63,955 bases of DNA, filler included, from Vannella sp. (GCA_023345925.1; 7 parts of 7 records of this genome joined end to end with filler, not necessarily neighbours in it), one strand, 5' to 3'; counted from the first letter of the whole stretch, positions 1-12,572 are shown. The notes: generated by a model not told the origin, from the sequence alone. Program-made: numbers and translations.

Positions 1-67
1 CATTTCACCCTTCTCTCTTGCGGGAAATGGTGGTCTGAAGGGTCATTCTTATTCAGCACAGCTTGCC

Positions 68-335
68 ATGCATCCACAGCTTGCCAAACATCGTCACCCA
101 GAATGTCTGGAAGAGATTGATGCGCTTCGCGTGTGCCACAAGACCAACCCCATCGCCAAGTTCATTGGGAGATGCAACAAGCCGTCGAAGCAACTGGATG
201 ATTGCTTGTACCAAGAGGTTGGTACACTCTTCTCGTCAGTGCTTGTTCCTGATCAGATTGTAGTACTTGGCAACGATCGAAGCCAAGAGACAGAAGAAGA
301 ATCGGAGGAAGGAGCCAGCTACTCCAGTAAACTAA
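68..335 (+). CDS. CMC2: Mitochondrial twin CX9C COX assembly protein Cmc2 (exons 68-217, 264-335)
   Basis: MHPQL start, C-x9-C...C-x9-C spacing (CLEEIDALRVC, CNKPSKQLDDC). The GT-AG intron 218-263 gives the C-terminus YLATIEAKRQKKNRRKEPATPVN*. Confidence 0.85.
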
Positions 336-383
336 GCGCCCTTTCACTTGTCAAACTTGGTTTATTATCAGAGGTGAAGCTAA

Positions 384-3175
384 TCACTCCAGTTCCTCTT
401 CTTGCTCGTCTTGGCGAGCAACACGGACGAAAACATCCTCCATCCTGCAAGTGAATGAGTGGGAAAGGCAGGAGAGTTCATAGGGAGCACTCACGTGGTC
501 TGGGTGATGCCCCAGTCTTGGATCCCGACCCGAGCCTTGTTCATCTCCACTTGTTCGAAGAGATCAGAGATCGTCAGAGAGTCCTTAGACATCTGGAAGA
601 CGCAGTTTCCGGCAAAGTTCTCCGTCAGCTGGACAGATGGGATGATTGCTTCAATGAACTCAATCACACTCCTCTCACATCCTGGTAGGAAGTTCAATTG
701 TAGCGTGTAGCCCTCTCCGAACTTCCCCTTCAGGTGCAATTGATCTCCCAAAGCCATGAACCGCCCTCGTGTCATAATGCCAATACGGGAGCAGAGGATA
801 TCTGCCTCTTCCATACTATGGGTAGTCAAGATAAGGCAGCGGCCCTTCTTCACCTCCAAAAGGACGTCCCAAAGATGGCGGCGGGTTTCTGGATCCAGCC
901 CGCTGTATGGATTGTTAGATATCAGGAGAGAGCCGTTGCATTGTTCGACTTACGTTGTGGGCTCATCTAAGAACACCACTTTGGGGTCTCCCACAAGAGA
1001 TACTCCGATGGAGAGGCGGCGGCGCATTCCTCCACTCAAGTCACCCGCTTTGCGATTGGCATATTGTCCCAATCCCACCTTATCCAGGATCATAGCAACG
1101 TGTTCTTTCTCTTCCGAAGAGGACACTCCTTTGAGCCGCGCATAGAAAAGCAGAGTCTCACGGCAAGTGAGATTCAGCCAAAGAGTGTCGAATTGAGGGC
1201 AGACACTCATGATTCTGTGGATCTTGTCCATGTCTTGGAGGATGGAATACCCTCCAATGAGAGCATCTCCTGATGTAGGAGGATATAAGCCAGTGAGGAT
1301 GGAGATCGTAGTGGTTTTACCGGCTCCATTTGGTCCCAAAAGGCCGAAACATTCTCCTTTTTCGACATGAAGGTTCAGTCTCTTCACCGCTAGCTTCAAT
1401 GGAGTGCCTGACTTTGCAGGATACACCTTCCGAAGGTCGTTAATAACAATGGGGGAGGAAGAAGGGATCAAACCATCCCGAATACGCTGAGCTTCATCAG
1501 CTACATCGGAATCATCCTCCGCATCATCTCCAATCAATGCTTCGTGATCCATTTCTGCGTTCAGAGAAACAGGAAGGTACCCATCTGAGCCCTTCCCCTT
1601 GATGCGACGAAGAAGTGACTTGAAAGGGAAAAGAGGATGCTTTCGGATGCCGAACTCGCGTGGGAGCACCGCATCGAGGTACAAAGCAAGCCCAAAGTAA
1701 AGGAAAGTGTCAAAATAGAGCATAATGACGATCCAGAACATCTCCCCGCCGAACTTGAGCTCCTCGATTTGAGGGCATTGGAGAGTGGTGCATTGCGAGC
1801 CAATCAGGTATATGGCGCGGTAGATCGCAAAGGGAGGGTACAAGAAGAAGGTTGTGTACACAACAACGGTATCTGAGACGTCCTTAAAGACTGTAGCGTT
1901 GAGCACATACGAGATCAACACCGCAATGATGACCAACAGATACGCCACGATCGTGGCGTTGCGGGCCTTGTCAAAGAAGGTGGAAAGAACGAAGGCCAGA
2001 GCGATCTGAGCGTTGGCCCAGCCAAAGAGGATGACCGCCCAGATGACAATGGAGGTTTGAGTGAACATGCGAAGGCCAAAGAGGATGCTGGTGACGATCA
2101 TCACCACCATGATGATACCAAAGAGGAACAGGTCCCACAAGTAGTTGACGAACCAGTACCAGCTCATTTGCAGGCCCATCATCCGCATCATCTCCCGAAG
2201 GCGATCTTGTTTCTCTCGTACGATCGCGTTGACGTAGATGGCTAGTACGAAGGAGACAGCGAAGGGGTAGAGCAAGAGACCAAGGAACGAGCCGATGTCA
2301 AAGGAAGGGAGCTGTTCGATGTAGGGGAACGCTTGGACCCAAGCAACGATCGTCCACTGAGTAGCGTTCGTTGCGTAGCGTAGGAAGGCTGTGTTGACTA
2401 AGTTCATCATCGTGTGCTCCAAATAGAAGGGAACGGAGACCATCTGAGTGTCTATGAGGATCTGGTAGTCAATCAGAGACGAGTTGGGGTTGAATTGGAC
2501 CTCATTGAAGATGTTAGCAGCATGAGGACACGTCAAACAGCGAGGGACTTGAGTGCTTGCGATCGTACGCTCAACCCAATACTGCTTACGACTGCCGATC
2601 TCCTCCAGCATGTCTGTTGGAGTGTCCCACCATTCATACCAAGGTGTGTACGTAGTAGAAGTTGTATCGCTGATGTTTACAACCTGTGTCATCTCGCCCA
2701 GCATTCCTGCTTTCACCCCTTCTTGTGTCAAGTTTCCTATCTCCTTGGTCCACTGAGGCTCTGAATGCCACAGATTGTAGTCCTGCCAGAGCCTATGGGC
2801 CTTGTGAGATAACCAGGAGAAGAGAAAGGGAGGAAGGTGCGTACGCAGTCGTGTTACCTCCACCAACGTAGTTGTTGAAGGTGATGAGGTGAGGGTTAGT
2901 GGGGATCTGCTGTCCTGCAGTGAACGCATCGATCACATATACATTGAAGAGCACTTGAAACATGCCAGCGATGCATACGAGCACCAGCGGGATCGCGATC
3001 TGGCAACAGTTCGAGCACTTATCCTTCGACTTCCCTCCCAAGTCAACATCACCCGCCTCCAACCTCCCCCACTCATTGTCCGCACCTGCAGCGATGCATT
3101 CTTCCTAATCAGAGCTCGGAACTGATAGGAGGGAGGGATCTTCTCCTCCTCGATGTCCCGAGACCCGCCTTTCAT
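384..3175 (-). CDS. Half-size ABCA-family ABC transporter (multi-exon; start approximate)
   Basis: N-terminal QFRALIRKN, TMD with VREKQDRLREMMRMMGL, Walker A GPNGAGKTT, signature LSGGMRRRLS, LDEPTT|GLDP across an intron, LTTHSMEEAD, terminal TT|MEDVF. Confidence 0.93.
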
Positions 3176-3301
3176 CAGGGGCTCAGAGAGAACTGGAATC
3201 TTCCTTGGAGGTTTCCAATCTGTTCCAGTCGGGTCTAACTTTTGCGTTTGGATAAATCGACTTTTCTTTGCATTAAATTGGCATTTCTCTTCGCCTCCTC
3301 G

Positions 3302-6300
3302 ATGAGCAACTTGTTTGCTGACTTGGAGGATGGTGACTTCTCGCTAGCTGGGACTCCGAAGAAGGGGTTCGTTGTGAAGGAAAGGAAGATGATAGTGGCG
3401 CTTATCAGTTGGGGGTAGAGGAGCTCTTGCGGATCTTTTTGGGAGCAGCGCTGTTTCTCCTTCGGTTCAACGACAGGCGCCATCAACTCCTGCCTCCCCT
3501 GCTAGAGCACCTGTAGCAGCAGCTCCAGTGGTAGTTTCACCGGCAGCAGCAAAGCCAACGCTTCTCTATGCTGTCCCTGGTGTCGTTTGTCATCAGTAGT
3601 GCGTCCCTTCTCCATTGGCAGGAAGCAAAGCTCACTCTCTACCTCATAGCAACTACGAGACACAAAAGTACGACCTCGTTGGCAAGATCGGGGTTGCGTT
3701 GCTTGGTGTATTGGAGCGCAACACCTTCCAGATGCTCCTGTACCGCAGTAGCGAGGACCGTGTTGCTGAGATTACACTTCAATCTTCCTTTCAGTTAACA
3801 GTACGTGATTGACTTCGCAATGGCGCCGTGCAAAGGATCCTGATGATGTTGGGCGAGTAGATCCAGAATGAGACGTACATCAGCTTCACAGACACAAAGA
3901 GACAGAGCTGGAGTATTCGCTTCCCAACTGTGGATAGTGTTTCCATCTTCTCCATGCATGTAGCTGCCGCCAGAGCCTCTCTTGGTGGAGCAGCGGGTGG
4001 ACCTGTCACTGTAGACCTCCTTCCTGGTACTGGCACTGTACGAACTCACTTGAACACCTTTCTACTACGTAGATACTCACTCGCCGTAGCCTGTCACAGA
4101 AGGAGATGAGATCAAGTTGGACTACTGCGTTTATCAGCTCAGCCAAGGAAAGGTTGGGGCCATGGTGGAGTCCAAACAAGGTGTACGAATGACTCCCAGC
4201 TCCGGCCCGGCTGGACTCTTCTCCAGTGTCGTGGGAATGTCGAACAAGGGAAAGCGCGTGGTCGTCCTTCCTCAGGGAGGAGAAGTGTACCAGGTGGACG
4301 TTGTGGCGGTCAAAGTCCCCAAGAAGCAAGTGCCAGAGAGCCCTGTTCGCGAAGCTCTCATTGAAGATGTCAGTGACGACGAAGAGTCCAGCAAGAGACA
4401 AACCACGCTGGATCGCATGAAGAAGATTGGTGTGGCGGCAATGGTGGCTCCCACCCGTGTGGAGGTGAAGGCAGAGCCGATTCAGGAGGAAACTATTCCT
4501 ACAAGGGAGGTACAGCCGGTTGCCACACCTGCAGCCACTTACCAAGAGTCACAACCGGCTGCGACTGCTGTGGCTCAGGTAGCTCCAGTGGCTACTGTAG
4601 CTACTCCTTTGTCGAGCACTGAGCAACAGCTCGCGCTCCTTCAGTCTCAGTTCCAAATGTTCATGCAAATGCAAATGGCTGGAGGTGCTGTCCCTCCTGT
4701 GGCGGTCGCTCAGCCCGCCCCTGCTGAGATTCCTCCTCCTGCTGTCGAAGTTCGAGAGAGAGAAGAGCCTCAAGAGACAGAAGAGGACGAAGACACTGTC
4801 TCCTACTCAGAAGCAGACAATACGAGGTTCTTATACGAAGCCAGGACACTCCACGAGCAAATCAAAGGGGATGTTGTGGCTGCCACCACCAAGATTGAAA
4901 GCTTTCAACGTCAGATCAAGACAACCGTCTTTGGGAAGGAGGAAGAGGTCAGTACAGAGCGATTGTCGGGAGCTGTCTTGCTCCAAACCATCCAAGGGTA
5001 TCTGGAAACCAACGCCACTCTTCAAGCCGACGTTGCTGCAAAGGCAGAGCGGATTGATGAGTTGAGGGACAAGACAGCGAAGATTCTGGAGCGCAATAAG
5101 TCACTTATTGAGGCTCACACTGAATCTATGGAGGAGCGCAACTCGGCGCTGTCTCAGTCGTCTGAGGCTGCGCGAATGGCTATCATTAAGCTGCGTGAAG
5201 ACAAACTAGCTCTTGAAGAGCAACTCAGTCGCGCTGCAGAGCAATTGAGTTTGACTCGTTCTCAGTTATCAAAGCTGGGTCACACTAACTCTGATCTCCT
5301 GGAGCGGGTGACTACTGCTCGTACAGAATCACTGAACCTTCGCACAGAATCAAATCTGCTTCGTTCTAATCGGTTGGATGATGATGCTTCCCTGTCAGAG
5401 GTTCGCTCTGCCCTTCGCACGGAGTTGGCTGAGCGAAAGGCCATAGAAGATCAATTGGCAGCGCAAGAAGAAGCTCTTGCAGAGGCGCAAAGCGTTCTTG
5501 CCCAATTCAAAGAGGGCGCGGAATCCCGAAAGAACAAATGGATTGAGATTAAGGCTGCTCTCGACCAGTCTCATGAACAAGAGAAGGCTGTTGTCCTCCG
5601 TCGCATGAGGACAGAGCTTCTCCGCCTCAGGCAAGAACGGGATGACGCAATCGTCGAAGTAGATGCCATGGAAGCCCAGGTGGAGGCCCGTTGGAGGGAG
5701 AACATCAACCGTCTGAAGGTGGCCTTTAAAGAGCGAGTGGACGATATGAAGGCAGATCTAGAGGAGGATCGGAAACGTGCGGTTGCTATGGCTGTGGCAC
5801 AAGCAGAGGAAGAAGGAGTAAAGCAGGTTAGACAGATTCAAAAAGACCTGGCAGATTCGTACAACAGAGGATATCGAGCAGCGCGCGTGGAGCAAGCTGA
5901 AGCTGCTCTTGCCCAAACCACGGGACAGACCTCTGCAAGAATGGGAGAGTTACATACTCAGCATAAGCAAATGATGAACGGATTAGTCAGGGAGATGATG
6001 ACGCAAGTCTACCGCATGGTTCAACAAGATGCGCTTGCTGACGGAGAGCTGCAAGGCGCTGAAGCCCTCGCTGCTGTGGTGAACGCTGTCAAGTCTGCAA
6101 CTCTTGGAGCAGTTCAAAAGGTATCTCGACACTTCGAGGAGCCAGGTCTACGCCAAGATTCAGATTCAGACGAAGTTCTGTTAGAAGATGAAGAGGAGGA
6201 AGTGATCCACGAAGAGCTCATTGAAGATGAGGATGACTTGATTGTGGAGGACGAACAGGATGACCTTATCGAGGAAGAGGATGACTTGATTGTGGAGGAG

Positions 6301-7230
6301 GAGCCGGAGCAGGATCTGTTGAACGAGACAGAATTAGAGCCTCAGGTGGAAGAATCTGAGATTGAAAGAGAAGGGCCAAGGGATGCAGAGCCAGAGCAAT
6401 TTGAGAACTCACCAATCGATGACCTCGAAGATGACTTTGATGATCTTCTCGTCGACAAAAGTAAGACCAGCGTAGCAGTCGACTTTGACGATCTCTTGGA
6501 GGACGATGAAGAATTCGTAGAAGAAGACTTGGATCAAACTGAGGTCCAGAAGCCTGTTTTCCAGGTGGAAGAGGAAGAAGACTTGGTTGACCTCGAAGAC
6601 CAAGAGCGAGAAGAGCAGCTATCCGCTCCTATTATTGATGATCCTCTCTCGTCTTCTCAAAGTGGCCTCATTGAGGATGAAGAAGAAGATGAGCCAGAAG
6701 TAGTTGAACAGGAAGCTCCTCCTGTCGCGGCTCCAGAAAGTAGACCAAATGCTTTCAGTTACCTTTTTGTGAAAGAAGCTCCTCCTGTAGAGACTGCTCA
6801 GCCTATTGCCTCTCTCCAGGAGCCAGAGTCCCCCATTCCAAAAGACCCACTTGGTGCTGTAAAAAACAAGTCTCCAAGTCAACCACCTCCTTCACCCAAA
6901 GTAGTACAGCCTCCTCGCGCAAGTACCAGCTCTACATTTGACACAGAAGACATCTTCGGAGACGCTCCAGTCACTAAAAAGGTCGAAGATGACCTGTTCG
7001 GGGATGCTTTCAGCAGTCCTGCAAAGAAGCCTTCAACTCCAAAGCCAGCCGCGAATCTCTTCTCGTTTGATATCACTCAAGGAAGCCGTCCCAGCGGCCC
7101 ATCTCTCTTCGACAGCCCATCCAAAAAGCCCAGCAATCTTGATAGCATCTTCGGAGCCTCTTCAGGATCCCCAGCAGCTCCCAAGGACGATAAGTCCAAA
7201 GTGTCTTTGGACGATATCTTCTCTTTCTAA
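3302..7230 (+). CDS. FKBP15: FKBP15/WAFL-like endosomal protein (WH1-like domain, degenerate FKBP domain, coiled coil, acidic tail)
   Basis: Spliced 5' exons read MSNLFADLEDGDF..GALADLFG..VGKIGVALLG..FQMLLY..ISFTDTKRQSWSIRF, then GMSNKGKRVVVLP (FKBP-like), a long coiled coil, and tail motifs EDIFG/DDLFG. Confidence 0.75.
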
Positions 7231-7286
7231 TGGAGTTCTGCAAGTTACCATCTCTTCTCCTCTTCTTGGTTGTGGATGACTTTAAT

Positions 7287-8291
7287 TCATTGCTCTTGAG
7301 TGACTTGTTCGGCTAAAGAGGGGAAAACCTTGGATATCTTGCTCCACACAAACTCTCCGTAAGTCAATCCCTTGAGTTTGTGGAGGTCAAGAGAGTCCCA
7401 GCGTTCTTCAACCTCTTCTTGTGCTACTTGTGGTAGCAGTAAGGGGTCGATGGGCTCCAGTGAGGCGTCCCAATTGGGGTCAAAGAAGAGAGGGAACGAG
7501 AGGCGGTCATGGGTTGCTTGGTTTCGTACTCGATGAAGGGTAGCTCGATAGAGTCCATGGGTCCAGTACTCTAACATATCACCTATATTGACGACAAAGC
7601 TCCCATGCAGGGGAGGAGCCGCTATCCACTCGCCGTCTCGATTACGAACCTCCAATCCGCCACTGTCGTCTTGCTTCAGAAGCGTCAAGAAGCCCATGTC
7701 TGTGTGTTGACGAACGCCCCACTCATCTTCCTCTTCAGTGAAGCTGTGAACGGGGTAGTTGAAGATGCGGAAGAGGACTGTTGGAGAGTCGGTGAAGCGT
7801 TTGCTGAAGTAGTCCGCTGGTAGGTGAAGCCCCACTGCTATAGTCATCATGAGGAGGTGTGCCAACTCGGTGACTTCTTTGATATATTGAGAGACAGCTG
7901 GTTGAAGCGAAGATGGGCGAGAAGGCCACTGATTAGAACCGTGCATTGGTTGTTTGGACGGTCCGTCCTCTGTTCCGAGGTAGAGACCTTCCTTACGATC
8001 AATTCTTCCCATTGTGTACTCTCCACCCACAGGAAAGTACCCGCGCCACGCTCTTCCAGCCTTCTCCATGGCAATGGAAGCCTTCTCGCTTCCTTCCAAA
8101 GCGAAGAACTCCTTCCCTGCCTCATGCATCCGCTCCTGCACCTCCACAGAGACACCATGGTCCACCACATAGAAGAAACCAATCTCCTTGCACGCGCGAT
8201 CCACCTCCAAAGCGATCCTTTCCACCTCCTTCGGATCGTCCCGAATCCCCTTCACGCTCACGACAGGCACTTTCTTCCCCGCCAGATTCAT
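7287..8291 (-). CDS. 2-oxoglutarate/Fe(II) dioxygenase, isopenicillin N synthase-like family (intronless)
   Basis: ACKEIGFFYVVDHGV (DIOX_N), HTD...H facial triad, RLS 2OG-binding motif. Likely start MNLAGKK at 8291. Confidence 0.9.
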   Translation of the reverse strand: MNLAGKKVPVVSVKGIRDDPKEVERIALEVDRACKEIGFFYVVDHGVSVEVQERMHEAGKEFFALEGSEKASIAMEKAGRAWRGYFPVGGEYTMGRIDRKEGLYLGTEDGPSKQPMHGSNQWPSRPSSLQPAVSQYIKEVTELAHLLMMTIAVGLHLPADYFSKRFTDSPTVLFRIFNYPVHSFTEEEDEWGVRQHTDMGFLTLLKQDDSGGLEVRNRDGEWIAAPPLHGSFVVNIGDMLEYWTHGLYRATLHRVRNQATHDRLSFPLFFDPNWDASLEPIDPLLLPQVAQEEVEERWDSLDLHKLKGLTYGEFVWSKISKVFPSLAEQVTQEQ

Positions 8292-8446
8292 AAGATATGA
8301 AGGAAAGCTCCCAATTTCAAATATCACATGCAGTTGGGCGGAAGCTTGGGAGAAAGGTCCTTTTTTGGACCGGTTGTGGTCGCTTTGGGTTGGATGGAAG
8401 GTGTCAATGATCAGTAGAAGGTTAGAGGGAGATCGTGGGAGTAGGA

Positions 8447-8896
8447 TCAATGATTGGAGGAGGTGGGGTTGGAGAAGGCGTCGAGGCAGGCGGGGTCGAA
8501 GTCGGGCGGAAGTGGAGAAGGATGTGTGTGGGCACTGCACCATTGTGTTGTTTGAGTTACTGATATCCGAGCTCCCATAGAAGACATCTGAAGCTGGTGT
8601 TCGAGCTCGACATCGCCAGATGCTCTGTGATGCGCCACGCCCTTGCCATGCATAGTCCTTCGAGAAGGTTGTGCGTCTTTCCCTTGCAATGGCGGAGGAC
8701 TTGGTGCTTCTGAAGAGACAGGAGTTGTGGGAGAGACGAGAGGAGCGGGCTCAAAGAAAGGAACGGAGACGGTGGGAGCTGCGAAGGAAGAGGAGACCTG
8801 AAAGGTGTCGTATTTGTCGTCCCATTGGAAATCAGGACGCACCTCTTCCGTGGGTTTATTTGGTGTCTCTCCTACAAACTTCCAGACCCCCGACAT
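8447..8896 (-). CDS. Hypothetical Pro/Ser-rich protein
   Basis: About 150 aa ORF filling the gap between two genes, with GGCGGGAAA just upstream. No family recognised. Confidence 0.4.
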   Translation of the reverse strand: MSGVWKFVGETPNKPTEEVRPDFQWDDKYDTFQVSSSFAAPTVSVPFFEPAPLVSPTTPVSSEAPSPPPLQGKDAQPSRRTMHGKGVAHHRASGDVELEHQLQMSSMGARISVTQTTQWCSAHTHPSPLPPDFDPACLDAFSNPTSSNH

Positions 8897-9028
8897 AGCC
8901 AAGGGAGTAGAGAATGACCATAAAGCGCCATAGGCGGGAATCCGATTCGGACTTGGTTCGCAGAAGAGGCGCAGAAAAGGCGCCGAAAGTGACCGCTTTT
9001 GGAACTCTTCCTGGTCGGTATTGGAGAT

Positions 9029-10606
9029 TTATTCAGAGTCAGCAATGACTTCGTGAGTGTAACGAGAACGTTTTGTGCTCCAGACGGCGAACGCTGTGAC
9101 AAGGAGACACACGAGGAAGATGACGACTAAGGCGGTAAGAATGTAGAAACTGATGGACATCCAGTTCAGCGGTGAATGGGGATCAGAGTAGCTGTCAATA
9201 GCTTCCCACGCTACTACAGGAGCATCAGAGAAGAAGCCGTCCACACCAATGTCCAAAAACTGCTCAACTCTCATCAATGACTAAATCAACCAAATCGGTC
9301 GATCTTACCGCCCAATACTCCGCAATGGGATTGTTTTGAAAGTCGGGATCAAGGAACACCTCCTCGGGCCTGAAGGTGTACGGATGGACCTAACTTTGAG
9401 TCAGCAAAGTGACTTTGGAAAAAAAGAGGATTCTCCTTACGAGCAGGCCAAAGGAGTGAGCCAACTCAAGCAGTCCCAGGGATTCCTTCGTAGGGGAAGT
9501 GTAGTTCAATACAGAGGTCTTGTCTGGTCCAATACCAACCGCCCAGGTGCTGATATTGGCAAGGCCTTCAGAGCTCATAAGATCGCCATACGTCAAATTC
9601 AATCCTGGTACGGGTTCGCTGGAGTTGCCCGAGAGAAGCTAGAAGTAGCCGCTTCAGAGGAGGCCAACGAAGAACAAGTTCGGAACTCACTTGGACTCGC
9701 GGATAAGGGCAGTCAGCGGGTAGTCGCTGCGCCAAGTTGTACTCAAAAGACTGCAAAATCACTCCGCATTGTTTTACCCACTGAGTGTAGCTCACGTTCT
9801 GGTAAGCAGACCGAGCAAGAGTGCAGTTTTCCAAATAGCCCCACTTTTCCAGAGCTTCAGAGAGCTTCCCTTCCACGTCGAATCCCAAACTGCGGAAGTA
9901 AGCGGGGTTCTTGGTCTCAATGTACACTCCTATGTTGTAATGGAAGCTCTCCGTGCTCTTCTCGTAGTCACATTCGAGTCCGGTGTTTGGGTCCTCTCTC
10001 AAAGCTCTCACAAACTGCAGGAACTCGTCCAATGTGATGATCTGATCTTGGTAAGTACTTCTGTCGAACCAGAGACCCTAGCGGGGAAGCTAACCGGATA
10101 GAGATAGTCGAAGAGGTGCGTGCGGACGTTGGAGGGATATTTCTCCTTGCATTTGAGTGTTTTGATCTCTGCCAGGGTAAAATCACTGGAGAAGAACTGT
10201 GGTGTATCGTTTCTAGCTGTGGGAACAGCGTCTGAAGGGAGATAGCGACCTCTGTCTGCGAACTCCTCGTGGAGTCGGATGTCTGTGGTCTCATCGAGCT
10301 CGCAGTCGTGCCGACAGATCTTCCGTTTGATGAGTCAACAAACGATCGACCATAGATGCGTACCAAATGCCCGTCACTGGTGACACAAAGGTCAGTCTCG
10401 AGAAAAGAAGCCCTTTGGAAGTGGGCGATCTCGTAGGCAGCCGTAGTTTCTTCCAGTCGATATGCTGGCGCTCCCCGGTGTCCAATCACAAGGATATCAC
10501 TCTCATCTGGCTTGGCAAAGCGGTCGTTGTAGCCCTGGACAGCTGCGAAGAAGAGCAACAATAAGACCCCCTCCAGAACCCTCATCCCTGAAAATGAGAG
10601 GCCCAT
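9029..10606 (-). CDS. Glycerophosphodiester phosphodiesterase (GDPD/GlpQ-like) with signal peptide and C-terminal TM (multi-exon)
   Basis: VIGHRGAPAYRLEET, ETDL, ICRHD, YIETK, ILQSFE, GVDGFFSD, hydrophobic C-terminal segment. Confidence 0.92.
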
Positions 10607-10676
10607 GAAGCCTTCACACTTCTGAATAAAATGATTGCCTCACAACGAGTGGTCAGGTATAGGATCAAATGTTGAG

Positions 10677-10711
10677 TTTAGGGTTAGGGTTTATAATAGG
10701 GTTTAGGGTTT
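10677..10711 (+). repeat. Interstitial telomere-like repeat cluster (TTTAGGG/TTAGGG)
   Basis: TTTAGGG TTAGGG TTTATAA TAGGG TTTAGGG TTT in the intergenic gap. Confidence 0.6.
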
Positions 10712-12386
10712 ACTCCTCGTCGTCCTCGAAGTGATCAACACATTCGTTGTAATCGCTCGAGATTTGGTTAGTCATGGAGCAAACTGCTGGGCCTCGAGTT
10801 TTGGGATAGAGGGTGTACTGATGGGTCAAGTAGGTCATGTAGGATTGGGCAGAATGGGCTATTTGGAGGACAGCCTGGTAGACCGCCTCCCCATTGACTC
10901 CTTGAACAGAGGGGTAAGTACTGAGCCAATCGTATTCTGTCTCAAAGGACACAGGCTTTCCAAGAGTGGTCAAAGAGTTGGCTTTGGTGAGGTCGAGGAA
11001 CATTTGCTCATAGTTGGCGAGTTCTCCATTGTCATCGACAATGAACCGACGGAAAGAAGGATTGTTAGTATGAACAGGAGACACTGAAGGGTTCAAAAGG
11101 AGTCCAGTATCACCAACTAATAGGATCTGGTCCGTGTGATAGTGAGCGGCCAATTGAATAAGAATAACGTCCTTGTAGCTCTCGCAAAGGGTTTGGTAGT
11201 AAACCGCGTATTTCTCATTCCAAGTGGGCTTCCCATCGTATGTGTTAATTCCGGGTGGGACGTGGAACATGACCAAAGCCCTGTTCCAGTCAGGATTGTT
11301 TTCAAACGCGGCGAGTGGTTTCCGCTTACTCTTGATTTCGTTCCCTGCACTGGATAAGTTGCGCCTCTAACCACGCGAATTGTCCGTTGGGGTCCTCGGG
11401 AAGTTCGTCAACTGGCGTGGGACGAGACGGGAAAGGATTAATCGAGAAATTAACACTGCAGATCACCGTATTGAGTACTATCAGGGAGGGACCACCTTCC
11501 CACAACTCATTAACAACATAGAATCCTCCTGGCAAGAAGGTAGACATTGCATCTTCGCTTATCCATCCTAGTTCAGTGCCCCACAGGTCTCCCATCCGCT
11601 TCATCCAATCCGAAGTGGTGTTGAGCGGGAAGTGATAATCAGGAAACACATCGTTGTTCCCCAGAGAAGGATAAACAGGCACTCCAGGGAATTGGGAAGC
11701 CAACATCCGTGAGACCGTGGCAATCTCATTAAACTGCGATTCCTCCGTGTTCGCACTATGCGAAGGAAAGTCTCCCGTTCTACAGGAAAGTCACATCAAG
11801 TTCTGACTCCTTCTCCAGGAAAGTAAGTGACTTACATCAATAGGAAAGCTGGGTCTCCAGGGACTGCATTCATACTCTCCATCCTAACTTCTGGTTATTC
11901 AACGAAGTAACACGAAATCAACCCTCCTCACAGGCTTTCCAAGAGCAGAGTGCCTCCGTCGGAACCGTACTGGGAGAGGTGTGAGCAAACAAGGAAGATC
12001 AGGAACAAGTATCAATCACCTTTCCAAGGGGGAGGGACGCGCTACTGTAGTCTATTTCCGTGTGGATGTCCGATACCAGAAAGAAGTAGAGTTGTTCCTC
12101 TTCCCAGAGTGTGAGGTCGAGTTCGAGGGTATCATAACCTACTGATGGGAAGTGGAGAAGGCAAGGGAACACAACTAACGAGTGGTGGAGGTGAGGGTGA
12201 TCCACACCCGTCGTCTCGCGGAGAAGAAGTTCGGGAGATCAGCACAACACCCATCACTCCGATCGCCACCAACAACAGAACGATTAGGCCGAACTGCACC
12301 ATAGCCAGCCACGCAATCTGCGCCTTTGGCATACGCCGCCAAGGGCCCGGCGCAGCCTCCTCAAACAGGTCATCGCTGTACTCCAT
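10710..12386 (-). CDS. Metallophosphoesterase of the acid sphingomyelinase/Ppn1 endopolyphosphatase family with N-terminal TM anchor (multi-exon)
   Basis: SDIH, GDFPSH, PSLGNNDVFP, QFAWLE, HVPPG, AHYHTD, NNPSFR. Confidence 0.88.
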
Positions 12387-12572
12387 CACAGGAGAGAATA
12401 ACTTATTTTTGTGGACAGTTCAGATTTTGTGGACGATTACTGAGTTTTGTTTCATCTTTTTTGGACCGTAGTTGTCGCAAAGAAAATGTTCATAATAAAC
12501 GATAAAATGGTCATTCTGTACACAGTGAGTATCCTGTGGTTACCTATTGTATTCTTTGTTAGCTTTGGTGAA

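Noticed and set aside
8292..8543. 84-aa N-terminal extension of the oxygenase ORF
   Set aside because: Low-complexity, overlaps the neighbouring ORF and intergenic DNA; the Met at 8291 fits the family start.
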